The translations under genes and the position numbers were made by a program. From a virus (lineage: Duplodnaviria > Heunggongvirae > Uroviricota > Caudoviricetes), in the IMG/VR virus record IMGVR_UViG_3300031998_000007: a DNA stretch of 64,000 bases. One strand, given 5' to 3'. Shown in pieces: positions 10,001 to 18,664 of the stretch. How positions within the stretch are numbered: the stretch's first letter is position 1; every line of letters starts with the position of its first letter. A model generated the notes under the pieces. It saw only the letters and a program-made list of their open reading frames with translations, was not told the DNA's origin and did no database searches.

Positions 10001-12961
10001 ATGGTAAAGGCAAGCGGCAACAAGGCCCCTGGTCAGGCAGTCCGTTCTGCATTGACGACGGCATCCGCCGAACTTGCCGACACGGAACGCCTGTTCAAGT
10101 TCAACGCTGCCCCGCTGTTTGAAAAGATTCTTTCCGGTGGCGAGAAGATTCTTGGCTCCATCGAATCCCAGCAGGGCGAAGTTACTGCACCGCAGGCAAT
10201 CTTTGTTGCAAGCAAGGTTATCTCCGGGCTTGATGACGCGCTTACGCAGATGGCCGACCCCAATGCCGGTTCGCTCGGCGATAAGGCTACCGGGTTTGCT
10301 GGACGTAAGAGCAGACATTCCGTGGTTGACGATGGCCTCAGCAATGTTTCCACGACTGCCGCGGCTGGGGACAGCGATGACATTGTCGATTCGTTTGCCC
10401 GTTTGATCGTGTCCCCGAAGGCCAACAATCCTTATAAGGATGCTACGGAAAACACCCGCAAGGCAAAGGCCACCACGCAAGAAATTCACGATACCATGCG
10501 TTTCTACAATGCCGCCATGGTGCACCGCGTGGACAGCGACCCGTCGCTGCGTAAGCTGGCCGCTCACCTCGGGCAGATGCTCGGGTATGTTAGCGCGGAC
10601 GACGCTGATGACGTAATCAACGCCAAGGACGCCGGCTTGAAGATGAAGCGTGCTTCCTTGAAGGAAAACCCGGTCAAGGCATTTACTGGCATTGCCGGAA
10701 ACGGCATCATGAATTTGCTCGTGAATGACATCTTTGACGACGAGCGCAAGGGTGATGCGGAATATCATGGCACGAAGGGAGACATTGTTGCCCTTATGCG
10801 TGGCATGCCTGTCGGTGTGTATTCTAAAAACCTGTCGGTATCTGCGCCTGAACCCGAAAGCGATTACCGTAGTCGCGGCGACTACAATGTCAAGACCAAG
10901 AAGGTCCAGGTTCATTATGGGCCCGATGGTCAGGCTTCCACGACCCCGGGTGGCATGACGTTTGAAGATATTGCGAAGGCATGTGGCGTGGACGGCGATT
11001 TCTCCACCGTGAATGTCCCGACCGATGCCGACATGATGAGCCTCATTGCCGGTATTCGCAAGACGGTGGCTGAACGCATCATTGACTTGTCCGTCGACAC
11101 GGGTTACACCCCGGATAACATGGGTAGGTTCAATTCGACTGTTCGCGCCCGTCGTACTTCGGATGATGAGACATTGAAGTCCCAGATCAAGAATGAACTT
11201 ATGCCTGCCGTTGAGAAGGGCTCCATTCCGCTGTCCGATTTGGTCTTTGTAATGAACGGTGACGTGGAACGCGAAGCCGTGCGCTATGAAATGGCTAATT
11301 CCGGCACCAAGATGTATGCCAATTCCAAGTTCCAGTCAAACGGCAAATATGTCGGTGAAGTAAAGCCGACTGACTTGTTTACTGCCGAACGTGCAGGAAA
11401 GATCTTCAAGGTCCTTAGCCAGCTTCCGTCGGATATGGACGAGGACGAAATCCGTTCTCTTGCCCACAAGTATTTTACCGAACTTGGCGAACGCGACGAA
11501 ATCCGTCATTCCAGACCGGAAGTTGCCAAGGTCTTCGGCCAGCTGGAAGAATATGACCTCATTGACCGTAATGACGCTACGGTTGACATTGACAAGATTA
11601 TCGAGCAGTTCTGTGATGCAAGGTCTCGTGCCGCTTCGAAGAACTTCTCGGCTGGCATCCGCAATGAGTTCGGCGTCAAGGTCCGGGCGGAAGCAGCAAA
11701 AATTTTGGGTGAGCTGCCCGACAACGTTTCCGGGGAAATGTTTACCAAGGCGTTCGGCGAGTATTTCGGTTCCGATGCGAGCCGCGAAAAGCTGAAACAG
11801 GATGACCAGGATGTTGCCATGGTCATTGCTCGTCTGGTCGATGAGCATGTAATCCCTGATTACTTGCATCTTCCCGATGGTGCTGACCAGGCTGCGGCCG
11901 TTCGGTCCAAGGAAAGGTTCGTTAAGGAAAGCAGCGCATTCATTGACCAGCACAATACCGAATATGACATGTCGAATGCCGAAAAGGCAATCGACCTCAT
12001 GTGTGCACCTACCCCGAAGGATATGCCGCAGAAAGAAGCGTCTGCATATCGTGCAAAACAGGTCAAGGAAGCTGCTACTCTGTTCCCGCACATCGTGGAT
12101 ATCTTTGCCAAGGCAAAGCAGAGCGGAAAGGCAAAAACTCGCGACGAGTATGTTGAGCTCATGCGCAAGATGTGCCGTGAGTATGCCAAGGTGAACCCCG
12201 ACGACATCAAGCCGGACCTTACCGACAAGGATACTGCCGGTGGGTTCAAGCCGAATACGAATGTGATGGACTACATCAACATGAACGAGGTGAGCGAAGA
12301 TGAAGCCAAGGACCGCGTAATTGATTCGCTTGCCAAGCTGGGTGTTGACATCAAGTATGATACCACGGCAAAGGACGGCGATGGTTACGTGATTACGGTG
12401 AACGGGTTCCGCACAAGCATCGCATCTTCGATGTTTGACAAGGCCATGAAGAAAACCGCTGTCGCGGTTTCCGGTGGCGAAGATGCTCGTTCTGCTGTCG
12501 TCTCTACGCTTAACGAGTTCGGCGCAAAGTGGGAACCGGTTTCCAAGGAAACCAAGCCTGCACCGAAGCCGGTCTCTCCGGTATCGAAGGCAAAGAACCG
12601 TTACGAGAACATGGCTTACCAGCGTCTGCTCGCCAATGCCGAGAAGGCTGACCCGTCCAAGTTCAAGGATCACCGTCCGATTGACCCGGCGCTTGATGAG
12701 CAGTTGATGGCAGAGGCCGAACGCCAGTCGCAGATCGAGGCAGACAAGGCGAAGGCATCCGCATCCGGCCAGGCTGACTTCAACAAGAAGGTCGCAGCAA
12801 AGCACCGTGAGCTGATGGCCAAGCAGGCTGCCAAGTACAAGGAACTCCTGGCGGCCAACGACCCGAACGCGGAAGCCGAGAACCCGGAACGCAAGTCAAC
12901 CCAGTTGTTTAACGAAGCCCGTAAGTTTGTCCAGACCCAGGGCGGCAAGGAGGCAAATTAA
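7028..12961 (+). CDS. Giant 1977-aa hypothetical protein (candidate internal head/ejection protein)
   Basis: Uninterrupted 5.9-kb ORF with GAGG RBS and late-type motif upstream. Ala/Asp/Lys-rich and apparently helical. No catalytic motif recognised. Confidence 0.8.
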   Translation: MNPNAVDSNTPNGAHDLFRKTVGLYEQFATECGLPKDAFLKTTDGAENAFMDQVDAAILSLRSSTRPNAANPDQKVTDDPNYNPRLMNLLGKIGQSVVYTLIASAQSHSYATPGKTDEILSKIVEAYRPEIAQTEAELARKAKLGRAIGYKAFKPIVWACVGRKIIAKAYTNAANGVSSGPESLASSVNVNYDLPGGDSAANTVEVAPEKINGLTKFGFRHFYQLFGDVGKLYSDKINLLPELVMACETGYSQIFNDALTSVYPDFFKPGVDKNGNQTGHCAAFTLDRKTLAGIFNRAIRVVCSDLTRAVEARTELIDAIGTLENEPVMNLIFDQFLGMNRRESSKNGTVTLKTDLGVVSIETAKMEGGTTGAGSLNRGSDEGYMRATGVASSTKIENKGVSRSANGSTVSLNVYGIDVTLSIDDSTELDNYVLPVVLNMAFHGHERSWVVCKGLAPFTYEVDGGLQQDAALADPNAPAEDAASISETMQHASENTRAGRFGRVADQISNLEPAFNLSEADRAAVVSDIHSRAESDPKLADDASVALGVLDSIKGSYGQFRHAVAEAFVPGSRNGTKQITTGNMIDVVNKVSKTIIIDMLMGRGSPNDERAIREKTMQDVKASLISKWASGAGYDIKRMGFDAEDDKVSAVAALMYDQAGAMGIARSIFGSYMQSAGSDPAKAVEQFESGAGLDQHVAEMKNLVRRYIKAASIVGTSDTPDEILDLLEQVESGDLAACARLVKGSTGWFAEKLTDQMYAAARDQFDEWCLGFSYDNLNDDNTPYRKVIESVNQFYDSVADAMFSKYDGIEGRDAVKKVVGAVQGALGTGAGTADAQGAVNEMNDFYTFSKVIELVAAATDSKPAEKDTGVKAVASGFGMKPQFTEEPSGVQVEQPEAQKAPQVDYSEVIEEGNPGAVEAYGLGTIKQLVDRGDAQSAAVLDAMRLYDGSRAQISKLEEIGDTTRTPASAETLIKSKVSNLVDKLITIVGDGMVKASGNKAPGQAVRSALTTASAELADTERLFKFNAAPLFEKILSGGEKILGSIESQQGEVTAPQAIFVASKVISGLDDALTQMADPNAGSLGDKATGFAGRKSRHSVVDDGLSNVSTTAAAGDSDDIVDSFARLIVSPKANNPYKDATENTRKAKATTQEIHDTMRFYNAAMVHRVDSDPSLRKLAAHLGQMLGYVSADDADDVINAKDAGLKMKRASLKENPVKAFTGIAGNGIMNLLVNDIFDDERKGDAEYHGTKGDIVALMRGMPVGVYSKNLSVSAPEPESDYRSRGDYNVKTKKVQVHYGPDGQASTTPGGMTFEDIAKACGVDGDFSTVNVPTDADMMSLIAGIRKTVAERIIDLSVDTGYTPDNMGRFNSTVRARRTSDDETLKSQIKNELMPAVEKGSIPLSDLVFVMNGDVEREAVRYEMANSGTKMYANSKFQSNGKYVGEVKPTDLFTAERAGKIFKVLSQLPSDMDEDEIRSLAHKYFTELGERDEIRHSRPEVAKVFGQLEEYDLIDRNDATVDIDKIIEQFCDARSRAASKNFSAGIRNEFGVKVRAEAAKILGELPDNVSGEMFTKAFGEYFGSDASREKLKQDDQDVAMVIARLVDEHVIPDYLHLPDGADQAAAVRSKERFVKESSAFIDQHNTEYDMSNAEKAIDLMCAPTPKDMPQKEASAYRAKQVKEAATLFPHIVDIFAKAKQSGKAKTRDEYVELMRKMCREYAKVNPDDIKPDLTDKDTAGGFKPNTNVMDYINMNEVSEDEAKDRVIDSLAKLGVDIKYDTTAKDGDGYVITVNGFRTSIASSMFDKAMKKTAVAVSGGEDARSAVVSTLNEFGAKWEPVSKETKPAPKPVSPVSKAKNRYENMAYQRLLANAEKADPSKFKDHRPIDPALDEQLMAEAERQSQIEADKAKASASGQADFNKKVAAKHRELMAKQAAKYKELLAANDPNAEAENPERKSTQLFNEARKFVQTQGGKEAN

Positions 12962-12962
12962 C

Positions 12963-13484
12963 ATGACCCAGCTTGTAACCGCAGGTGAAACCAAGAAGAA
13001 GGGGACCAAGACGAAGAAGTGCGCCACGCCATGGGATGCGTATTCCAGCACCCCGGGCGAACGCACTACTGTTCCGTACTATTCCGTGAAGGACTTTACC
13101 TGCACGTCCAATTTTTCCGATGCTGGCGTAGCTGCCGCAGCCAACATGGTTGCCGCGCAGGGCGATGCCGCTGCTGCGCCGATGGGCGATGCGGTCGATG
13201 ACCGCAACACTCCGGCTGGGTTGGTCATCGTGAGCAATACCGTTGACAGCCTTGCCAAGGACCATCCGAACTCGAACGCCGCTGCGGAAATCAAGAAGCT
13301 CTTCGACCGTCTCCGCGCGGATCCGTCCAGCTTCCGGGAGCCCTTCTACCAGGGTGCCGATGGCCTTGACGCCGACCCGAACGGGAGCGCGATAAGCAGC
13401 CTCGCTGCAGCATGTGAGGCTACGCTCGGCGCGTTCCGCCGTGCAACGGGTATCGACTACATGGATTTTAGGAAGAAAACCTAG
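12963..13484 (+). CDS. Hypothetical protein (MTQLVTAGETKKKG...)
   Basis: AAGGAGG RBS before ATG 12963. The stop codon lies in the CCTAG motif. Confidence 0.7.
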   Translation: MTQLVTAGETKKKGTKTKKCATPWDAYSSTPGERTTVPYYSVKDFTCTSNFSDAGVAAAANMVAAQGDAAAAPMGDAVDDRNTPAGLVIVSNTVDSLAKDHPNSNAAAEIKKLFDRLRADPSSFREPFYQGADGLDADPNGSAISSLAAACEATLGAFRRATGIDYMDFRKKT

Positions 13485-13487
13485 TTT
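13476..13487 (+). promoter_or_regulatory. AAAACCTAGTTT motif, copy 1 of 7
   Basis: Other copies at 14454, 17425, 33858, 50580, 52239 and 55386, each 23-39 nt upstream of a start codon. Confidence 0.55.
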
Positions 13488-13511
13488 ACGCCCGTATCAA
13501 GCGGGCTAGAC

Positions 13512-14462
13512 ATGAATCCATATACCATTCTCGGCGTAAAGCTCTCCGACTCCGACGAAGACATTAAGAAGGCCTACCGGCGCCTCTGCAAGGAAGCCCA
13601 CCCGGACAAGGGTGGGTCCGAGCAGCGCATGGCCGAACTCAACGAGGCCTATGCGCAGATTGGGACTCCCGAGAAGCGCAAGGAGTATGACAAGAAGCAC
13701 TCCTACATGGCGGAGTTCGAACTCTACGCATCTGTTCTCGGCACGCCGACCGTGGCAAGGAATTTCGGCAAGAAGCCCGAATCCAGGACCGCGGTCAACG
13801 GTTCTGACATCCATCTCACTGTGAATATCCCGTTTTCCGTGTTCATGCACGGGTGCTCCATGATGCCCGTGCAGTTCGAGCGCCGTTCCACCTGCCTCGA
13901 ATGTGACGGTACCGGAGCTGCCAAGGCGGCAAAGTGCAGCCAGTGCGGCGGTAACGGCAGGTATCGCGACCCGACTACCCACCGGTTCAGGAAGTGCAAC
14001 AAGTGCAACGGGACCGGCATCAACGTCATCGAGAAGTGCCCGTATTGCAATAACGGCGAGAACCGTCGCCAGATTACCCAGAACCTGATTTACAGGCCCG
14101 GCATGATGGAGACCCGCATGACCGGGAAGGGCAACGCCGGCCACTTTGGCGGCTGTAACGGCAACCTCATCGTGACCTTCAACCCGGAACTTCCCGAGAA
14201 CTGTTCCATCGTGGATGGCGTCCTTGTCGTGGATGGGCCGGAAATCTTCCCCGAGGACCTCGTTCTCGGCAAGTGGGCGGTTGTCCAGTGCGGCGACGAG
14301 ACGGTCAGAATTTGCATCCCGGCGAACAGCCAGGACACTGTCGTCGAGACGGTGACTGCCGACGGGTTGAAGATACGTGTCAAGTTCCGGCTCGCCCCGT
14401 GCAAGTCGGATGCCGAGCGGGCGGCATACGACTACCTTCGCCAGCTCCACGAGAAAACCTAG
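13512..14462 (+). CDS. dnaJ: DnaJ-family co-chaperone (J domain, Zn-finger, C-terminal domain)
   Basis: NPYTILGV...IKKAYRRL...HPDKGG J domain. Four CxxCxGxG-type repeats (CLECDGTG, CSQCGGNG, CNKCNGTG, CPYCNNGE). GSDI and GKGNAG...GNLIV C-terminal motifs. Confidence 0.9.
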   Translation: MNPYTILGVKLSDSDEDIKKAYRRLCKEAHPDKGGSEQRMAELNEAYAQIGTPEKRKEYDKKHSYMAEFELYASVLGTPTVARNFGKKPESRTAVNGSDIHLTVNIPFSVFMHGCSMMPVQFERRSTCLECDGTGAAKAAKCSQCGGNGRYRDPTTHRFRKCNKCNGTGINVIEKCPYCNNGENRRQITQNLIYRPGMMETRMTGKGNAGHFGGCNGNLIVTFNPELPENCSIVDGVLVVDGPEIFPEDLVLGKWAVVQCGDETVRICIPANSQDTVVETVTADGLKIRVKFRLAPCKSDAERAAYDYLRQLHEKT

Positions 14463-14488
14463 TTTTCATCCAAACAGGGTAAATTGTC

Positions 14489-14884
14489 ATGAACTCAGTC
14501 AAACTTACACTCGAACAGCGGTACAAACTCATCAGGTTCATCGGCCGCATCCCATGCACGATCACCGTCCGTCTCACTGTCGATGCGCTTATCGACCAGC
14601 TCGTCCTTAACGACGAGGAAAGGGCAGCCGGCTATACGGTGGAAATCGTTGACGGTGTCGCCAAGCCGAACAATACCGAGTATACCCGCGAATACACCGC
14701 GGACATGCTTGGCCCGACTCTCGAAGGTGTCCGCGATTTCGTCAAGTATCTTGATGAAATCATCAAGGAGACCAACGGCGGTTCCGAATCGTCTCGCGAA
14801 ATCCGTGACGCCCTCGCCTTGCTTCGCCCGATTTTCCCGAAGCCGGAAGGCGAAACTGACGACGCTAAGCCGGAAGGTAAGTAA
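14489..14884 (+). CDS. Hypothetical protein
   Basis: 131-aa ORF in the + strand run, downstream of a CCTAG motif. Confidence 0.65.
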   Translation: MNSVKLTLEQRYKLIRFIGRIPCTITVRLTVDALIDQLVLNDEERAAGYTVEIVDGVAKPNNTEYTREYTADMLGPTLEGVRDFVKYLDEIIKETNGGSESSREIRDALALLRPIFPKPEGETDDAKPEGK

Positions 14885-14886
14885 GG

Positions 14887-15849
14887 ATGCAGTTGCCGTC
14901 CCAGAGGATCGGCCTCACTACGGTCGACAGCACGTTCAACGTATTCATGAGCGACTATGACGGGCATGACCTGTCGTTGGAGTTCATGGACCGGTGCGCA
15001 GCAATCCGTGCGGACCGCAACCTCTGGTACACCCCGATAAAGTTCTACATAACGTCAGGGACGCTCGGCTACATCCATGCCGAACAGCTGATTGTCTATG
15101 TGGACGCCGGGACCATCTTCATCCTATCCTCGTTGCCGTCCTTTGACGGTTCCGACTACGCGCACGCCGCGCTCGGCTCCGACGGGGAACTCATGGTCAC
15201 CCGCCTGTTCAACGGCAAGTCCAGGGTCGCATCCTCGCTGGGTATCGTTCCCGACGGGACGGACATCATGACCTACGCGAAGGACTATTATACCGGGAAC
15301 GGCATAGTCACCGACGGGCAGATCAATTCCGAGCAGGTGCTGATGTTCCTCGACCAGTGGGAAGATTTCTACCACGGGAACCTCTATGTCACCGGTGGCC
15401 ACCTATACGGCGTCTATGCCGTCGATTGCAGCGTTTCCGCGGCAATCAGGTATGTCCGGGGGGACAACTCGTTCCAGTTCGCCGGCAAGGAAGTTCTCCT
15501 CGTTGGCGGCATCCCGGAAATCATGCCGCTTGGCTACCATACCAACATGTTCGGCCATACCTTCAAGGTGTGGACGGCGAACGACATCGACCGGTTCAAC
15601 CACGCGAAGCGCATCTTCGAGAGCGAATGGCTCCCGACCGACCTCTTCGACATCGACCTTGACGAGATTGCCGAGGCCTTTGCGTTGCACGCCGAGAAAA
15701 TGCGCAGGGACGACCCCACCGAGAACCTGGACGCGTTCAGCGGAGGCGGTGCGGAAGCCGCCCCTCCGGTGGTTGACGAGGGCGACGGCAACTATGACCA
15801 TCTTGTCCACCTCGGCGGAGTGGATTCCACCGAGAAGGAAAGCGAATAA
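14887..15849 (+). CDS. Hypothetical protein
   Basis: 320-aa ORF directly after the upstream stop and followed by a terminator hairpin. No family recognised. Confidence 0.7.
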   Translation: MQLPSQRIGLTTVDSTFNVFMSDYDGHDLSLEFMDRCAAIRADRNLWYTPIKFYITSGTLGYIHAEQLIVYVDAGTIFILSSLPSFDGSDYAHAALGSDGELMVTRLFNGKSRVASSLGIVPDGTDIMTYAKDYYTGNGIVTDGQINSEQVLMFLDQWEDFYHGNLYVTGGHLYGVYAVDCSVSAAIRYVRGDNSFQFAGKEVLLVGGIPEIMPLGYHTNMFGHTFKVWTANDIDRFNHAKRIFESEWLPTDLFDIDLDEIAEAFALHAEKMRRDDPTENLDAFSGGGAEAAPPVVDEGDGNYDHLVHLGGVDSTEKESE

Positions 15850-15853
15850 AGAA

Positions 15854-15880
15854 CCCCGGCGCGGAGCCGGGGCATTTTTA
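15854..15880 (+). terminator. Intrinsic terminator abutting a TATAAACTA motif (15879-15887)
   Basis: CCCCGGC-GCGGA-GCCGGGG followed by CATTTTT. Confidence 0.65.
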
Positions 15881-15913
15881 TAAACTATGGGGAAACCGCA
15901 CTGGATATTTACC

Positions 15914-17371
15914 ATGGCCGTGACGCAATACGACAAAAGTGAACTGATTACGAAGTTGAAGGGCTTCAAGGTCGTCTCAACCGAGAGCGGACCGATTGTG
16001 CCTGCGAAGGACAAGCTCATCAAGGCCATGACCAAGGGCGTCATGGAACCGATTGGCAACCAGATTTCCGAGGAATGGGACCGCCGAATTTACAGCGAGC
16101 GCAATCCGTTCTTCGATAACAAGACCCGCAAGAATGTCAAGGACATCATGCAGGAAGCCGCCGAGCAGACGGCCAACAAGGGCATCCGCCTCAACCTGGA
16201 AAGCATCGACGCCGAAAAGTCCCGCTGCCTGCTTCGCGTATCGCGTCGCGGAAAGATGTTTACCGTTGACATCCTCTACCCGAACACCAAGGGCGACATT
16301 TCCGTCATCGTGACGAACGAGAACGGGGAAATCAAGAAGCTCGAACTCGGTATCGAGAGCGAGGACTACGTCAAGAACTTCGGCAACCGCATCCTCGAAA
16401 CGATTGACGCTTTCGCCGCGGAAGATGCGCCGGCCAACATGGACGACCTTCTCTATAACGACCTCGACTCGGTGTTGCCCGAAAACAAGCCGGCGGAACC
16501 TGGGCTCAACCCGGAAACCCGCATGGTCGAGTCCGTCGGGTGGCAGCTTGGCCGCGACATGAGGGAAACACGCCGCATCCTCATGGAACAGCAGGAAGCT
16601 GGCGCGAACGGCTTTGGACCGGAAGATTTTGCCGCCGAACCGGACGACGATAACCCGAACCAGGTGGTCGCCAATGCCGAGCAGGCCAACGAACAGATGA
16701 CCGATCCGACTGCCGGCGGTGTTCAGGCCAACGATCCGACCTATACCGAGTTTGCGACGGAAAACGCTTCCATCCTGAAAAATGGCGCAACCGACCACAT
16801 GGCGGAAATCATCGCAAGCTCTGCCGAAGAAACCCCGGTTATCCTCGGCATGGACAAGCAGCTCAACGGGTTCGCCGGTATCAAGGACATGAAGGACCAG
16901 GAAATCATCAACGCGTTCGGTAAGCTCTTCGGGTTTATCAAGAATGACATGACGACCGATCCGAGCCGTCCGGTTCCAGAAAGCGAAACCGATGTCCGTC
17001 TCCCGAAAGAAAAGTGGGAAGCCGTGTTCACTGCGCTCGAAGACGAGTACACCACGCCGGACCACTTCAAGGAACAGCTCGGCAAGATCCTTCCTGAAAT
17101 GTTCGACTCCCAGGGAAGCATGCACAACCCGGATGCCGAGATGACCGCACTCCAGCTCCCGAACGACCCGTATGACGAAACGTCGGTCAAGCCGGGCGAC
17201 GAGTTCAGCGTGGCTACTCCCGCACCGGAAGGTCCCGCTGCCGGAGCTACCGACTCTGGCGTGTTCGGTTCCCTCGCGGAAGACAACGCGCTCGCGCAGG
17301 ACCAGTTCCTGCCGGACGAGAGCGAGGACACTACGTCCAGGTATGACCAGATTTTCCAGAACGTCGTCTAG
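15914..17371 (+). CDS. Acidic hypothetical protein (probable head/internal protein)
   Basis: ATG 15914 lies 27 nt downstream of TATAAACTA. Contains NLES and MVES motifs and acidic low-complexity segments. Confidence 0.7.
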   Translation: MAVTQYDKSELITKLKGFKVVSTESGPIVPAKDKLIKAMTKGVMEPIGNQISEEWDRRIYSERNPFFDNKTRKNVKDIMQEAAEQTANKGIRLNLESIDAEKSRCLLRVSRRGKMFTVDILYPNTKGDISVIVTNENGEIKKLELGIESEDYVKNFGNRILETIDAFAAEDAPANMDDLLYNDLDSVLPENKPAEPGLNPETRMVESVGWQLGRDMRETRRILMEQQEAGANGFGPEDFAAEPDDDNPNQVVANAEQANEQMTDPTAGGVQANDPTYTEFATENASILKNGATDHMAEIIASSAEETPVILGMDKQLNGFAGIKDMKDQEIINAFGKLFGFIKNDMTTDPSRPVPESETDVRLPKEKWEAVFTALEDEYTTPDHFKEQLGKILPEMFDSQGSMHNPDAEMTALQLPNDPYDETSVKPGDEFSVATPAPEGPAAGATDSGVFGSLAEDNALAQDQFLPDESEDTTSRYDQIFQNVV

Positions 17372-17395
17372 CCGACATGCTGGAATACAATTACT

Positions 17396-17420
17396 GCGGG
17401 GCCATCCGGCCCCGTTTTTT
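17396..17420 (+). terminator. Intrinsic terminator
   Basis: GCGGGGCC-ATCC-GGCCCCGT followed by a T-run. Confidence 0.75.
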
Positions 17421-17458
17421 AATGGAGAAAACCTAGTTTCTCGCCAAGAGGTTTTAAT

Positions 17459-18604
17459 ATGCAGAAGACAAACATTGAAAAGATGCTCATGTTCCCGACC
17501 AAGGAAGGGAATTTCAGACAAGCCATCGGCCTTATCAAGGAAAGCTGTTCCTATGACCCGGGTCTCTGTGTCCGAATTTCGACCCGTCCGTCCTATGACG
17601 GCTCCGTCGAAGCTACGTTCACTACCGGCAACGGCATAGTTGCCAAGGCAAGCGCGGCAAAGGGTTCCGATCCGCTTCCGCATGACGTGGTCGTTTATGC
17701 CAACGAGTTCTGCGCGGCATGCGACATCAACATGGTCGATGACAAGGATGCAATCCTTGCCGGAATGAGCTTCGTTGACGGCAAGCTGTTCGTCTTCGGG
17801 TTCCTTGCCGAGAACAGCGACGAGTTCAACTTCGAGTGCGGCCTCGAAGTGCAGCCTGCCGACAAGGTGCCGGACGTTCCGAAGTTCGACCTTGACGAAA
17901 CCCTCGTCATTGGCCAGCTTGACATGGCCATGGTCGGTGACAGCACTTACGGGTTCCCGTATATCGAAATGCACCGCAAGAACGGTGTCATCTCCTTCCG
18001 TATCGGTGACGAGCATTTCTGCATGGCCACGGTTTTCAACAACCAGGCACATGCCGCTGCGAGCGAAGACGAAAAGCCGAAGGATTTCTCCATCAGGCTC
18101 CCGTCCGTCATCTTCAACGTGCTTTCGAAGATCAAGATTGACATGGTCGTGACGATGGAACTCGACTTCACCTCGAAGCGCATCGCGGTTCGCGACGACG
18201 ACCTTTCCATCTCGTTCCCGTTCCTCGATACACAGGTCCAGACGTTCAACAATGCCGGCCTCTCAAAGTTTGCCACCATCCCGGGTTCGGGCCTGGTTCT
18301 CTCCATCGCCCACATGAAGAAAATTCTCCCGGCGAAGGAAATCGAACTCCATACTTCCGACGACAACACGATTATGGTGGTCGCAAAGACGGACCGCGTG
18401 GATTACAACTTCACTATCCGCGAGTGCGAAGTCCATGCACCGAACAAGGTGTTCAAGATGCCGTATGACATCTTCCTCCGAACCGTCATCATGGGTTCCG
18501 GCGCCAAGGTGGAATGGTCCGTTTCCGACGACGGCGAAAGCAAGTTCCTCGCGTTCTTCAACACGGGACTCATGTCTAGGAAGTGCACCTATTCCAAGGC
18601 ATAG
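17459..18604 (+). CDS. dnaN: DnaN-like (beta) sliding clamp, divergent
   Basis: 381 aa, the size of a three-domain beta clamp. Co-linear resemblance to E. coli DnaN by eye: VVVYANEFCAAC~TTVPARKFFDIC, QPADKVPDV~LPAADFPNL, SIRLPSVIFNVL~SVIVPRKGVIEL, RIAVRDDDLSISFPFLD~NIRAHVGDFIFTSKLVD. Confidence 0.55.
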   Translation: MQKTNIEKMLMFPTKEGNFRQAIGLIKESCSYDPGLCVRISTRPSYDGSVEATFTTGNGIVAKASAAKGSDPLPHDVVVYANEFCAACDINMVDDKDAILAGMSFVDGKLFVFGFLAENSDEFNFECGLEVQPADKVPDVPKFDLDETLVIGQLDMAMVGDSTYGFPYIEMHRKNGVISFRIGDEHFCMATVFNNQAHAAASEDEKPKDFSIRLPSVIFNVLSKIKIDMVVTMELDFTSKRIAVRDDDLSISFPFLDTQVQTFNNAGLSKFATIPGSGLVLSIAHMKKILPAKEIELHTSDDNTIMVVAKTDRVDYNFTIRECEVHAPNKVFKMPYDIFLRTVIMGSGAKVEWSVSDDGESKFLAFFNTGLMSRKCTYSKA

Positions 18605-18616
18605 TCTCGATTGGAC

Positions 18617-18649
18617 AAAAAGAAAGGCCTCCCGGACGGGAGGCCTTTT
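18617..18649. terminator. Bidirectional intrinsic terminator
   Basis: AAAGGCCTCCCG-GA-CGGGAGGCCTTTT between convergent genes. Confidence 0.8.
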
Positions 18650-18664
18650 GAATTTCGCGGTGCG

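Noticed and set aside
7028-12961. Giant ORF as a virion RNA polymerase
   Set aside because: No DxDGD motif and no T7/N4-type motif A/B/C arrangement were found by eye. It is kept only as an orphan.
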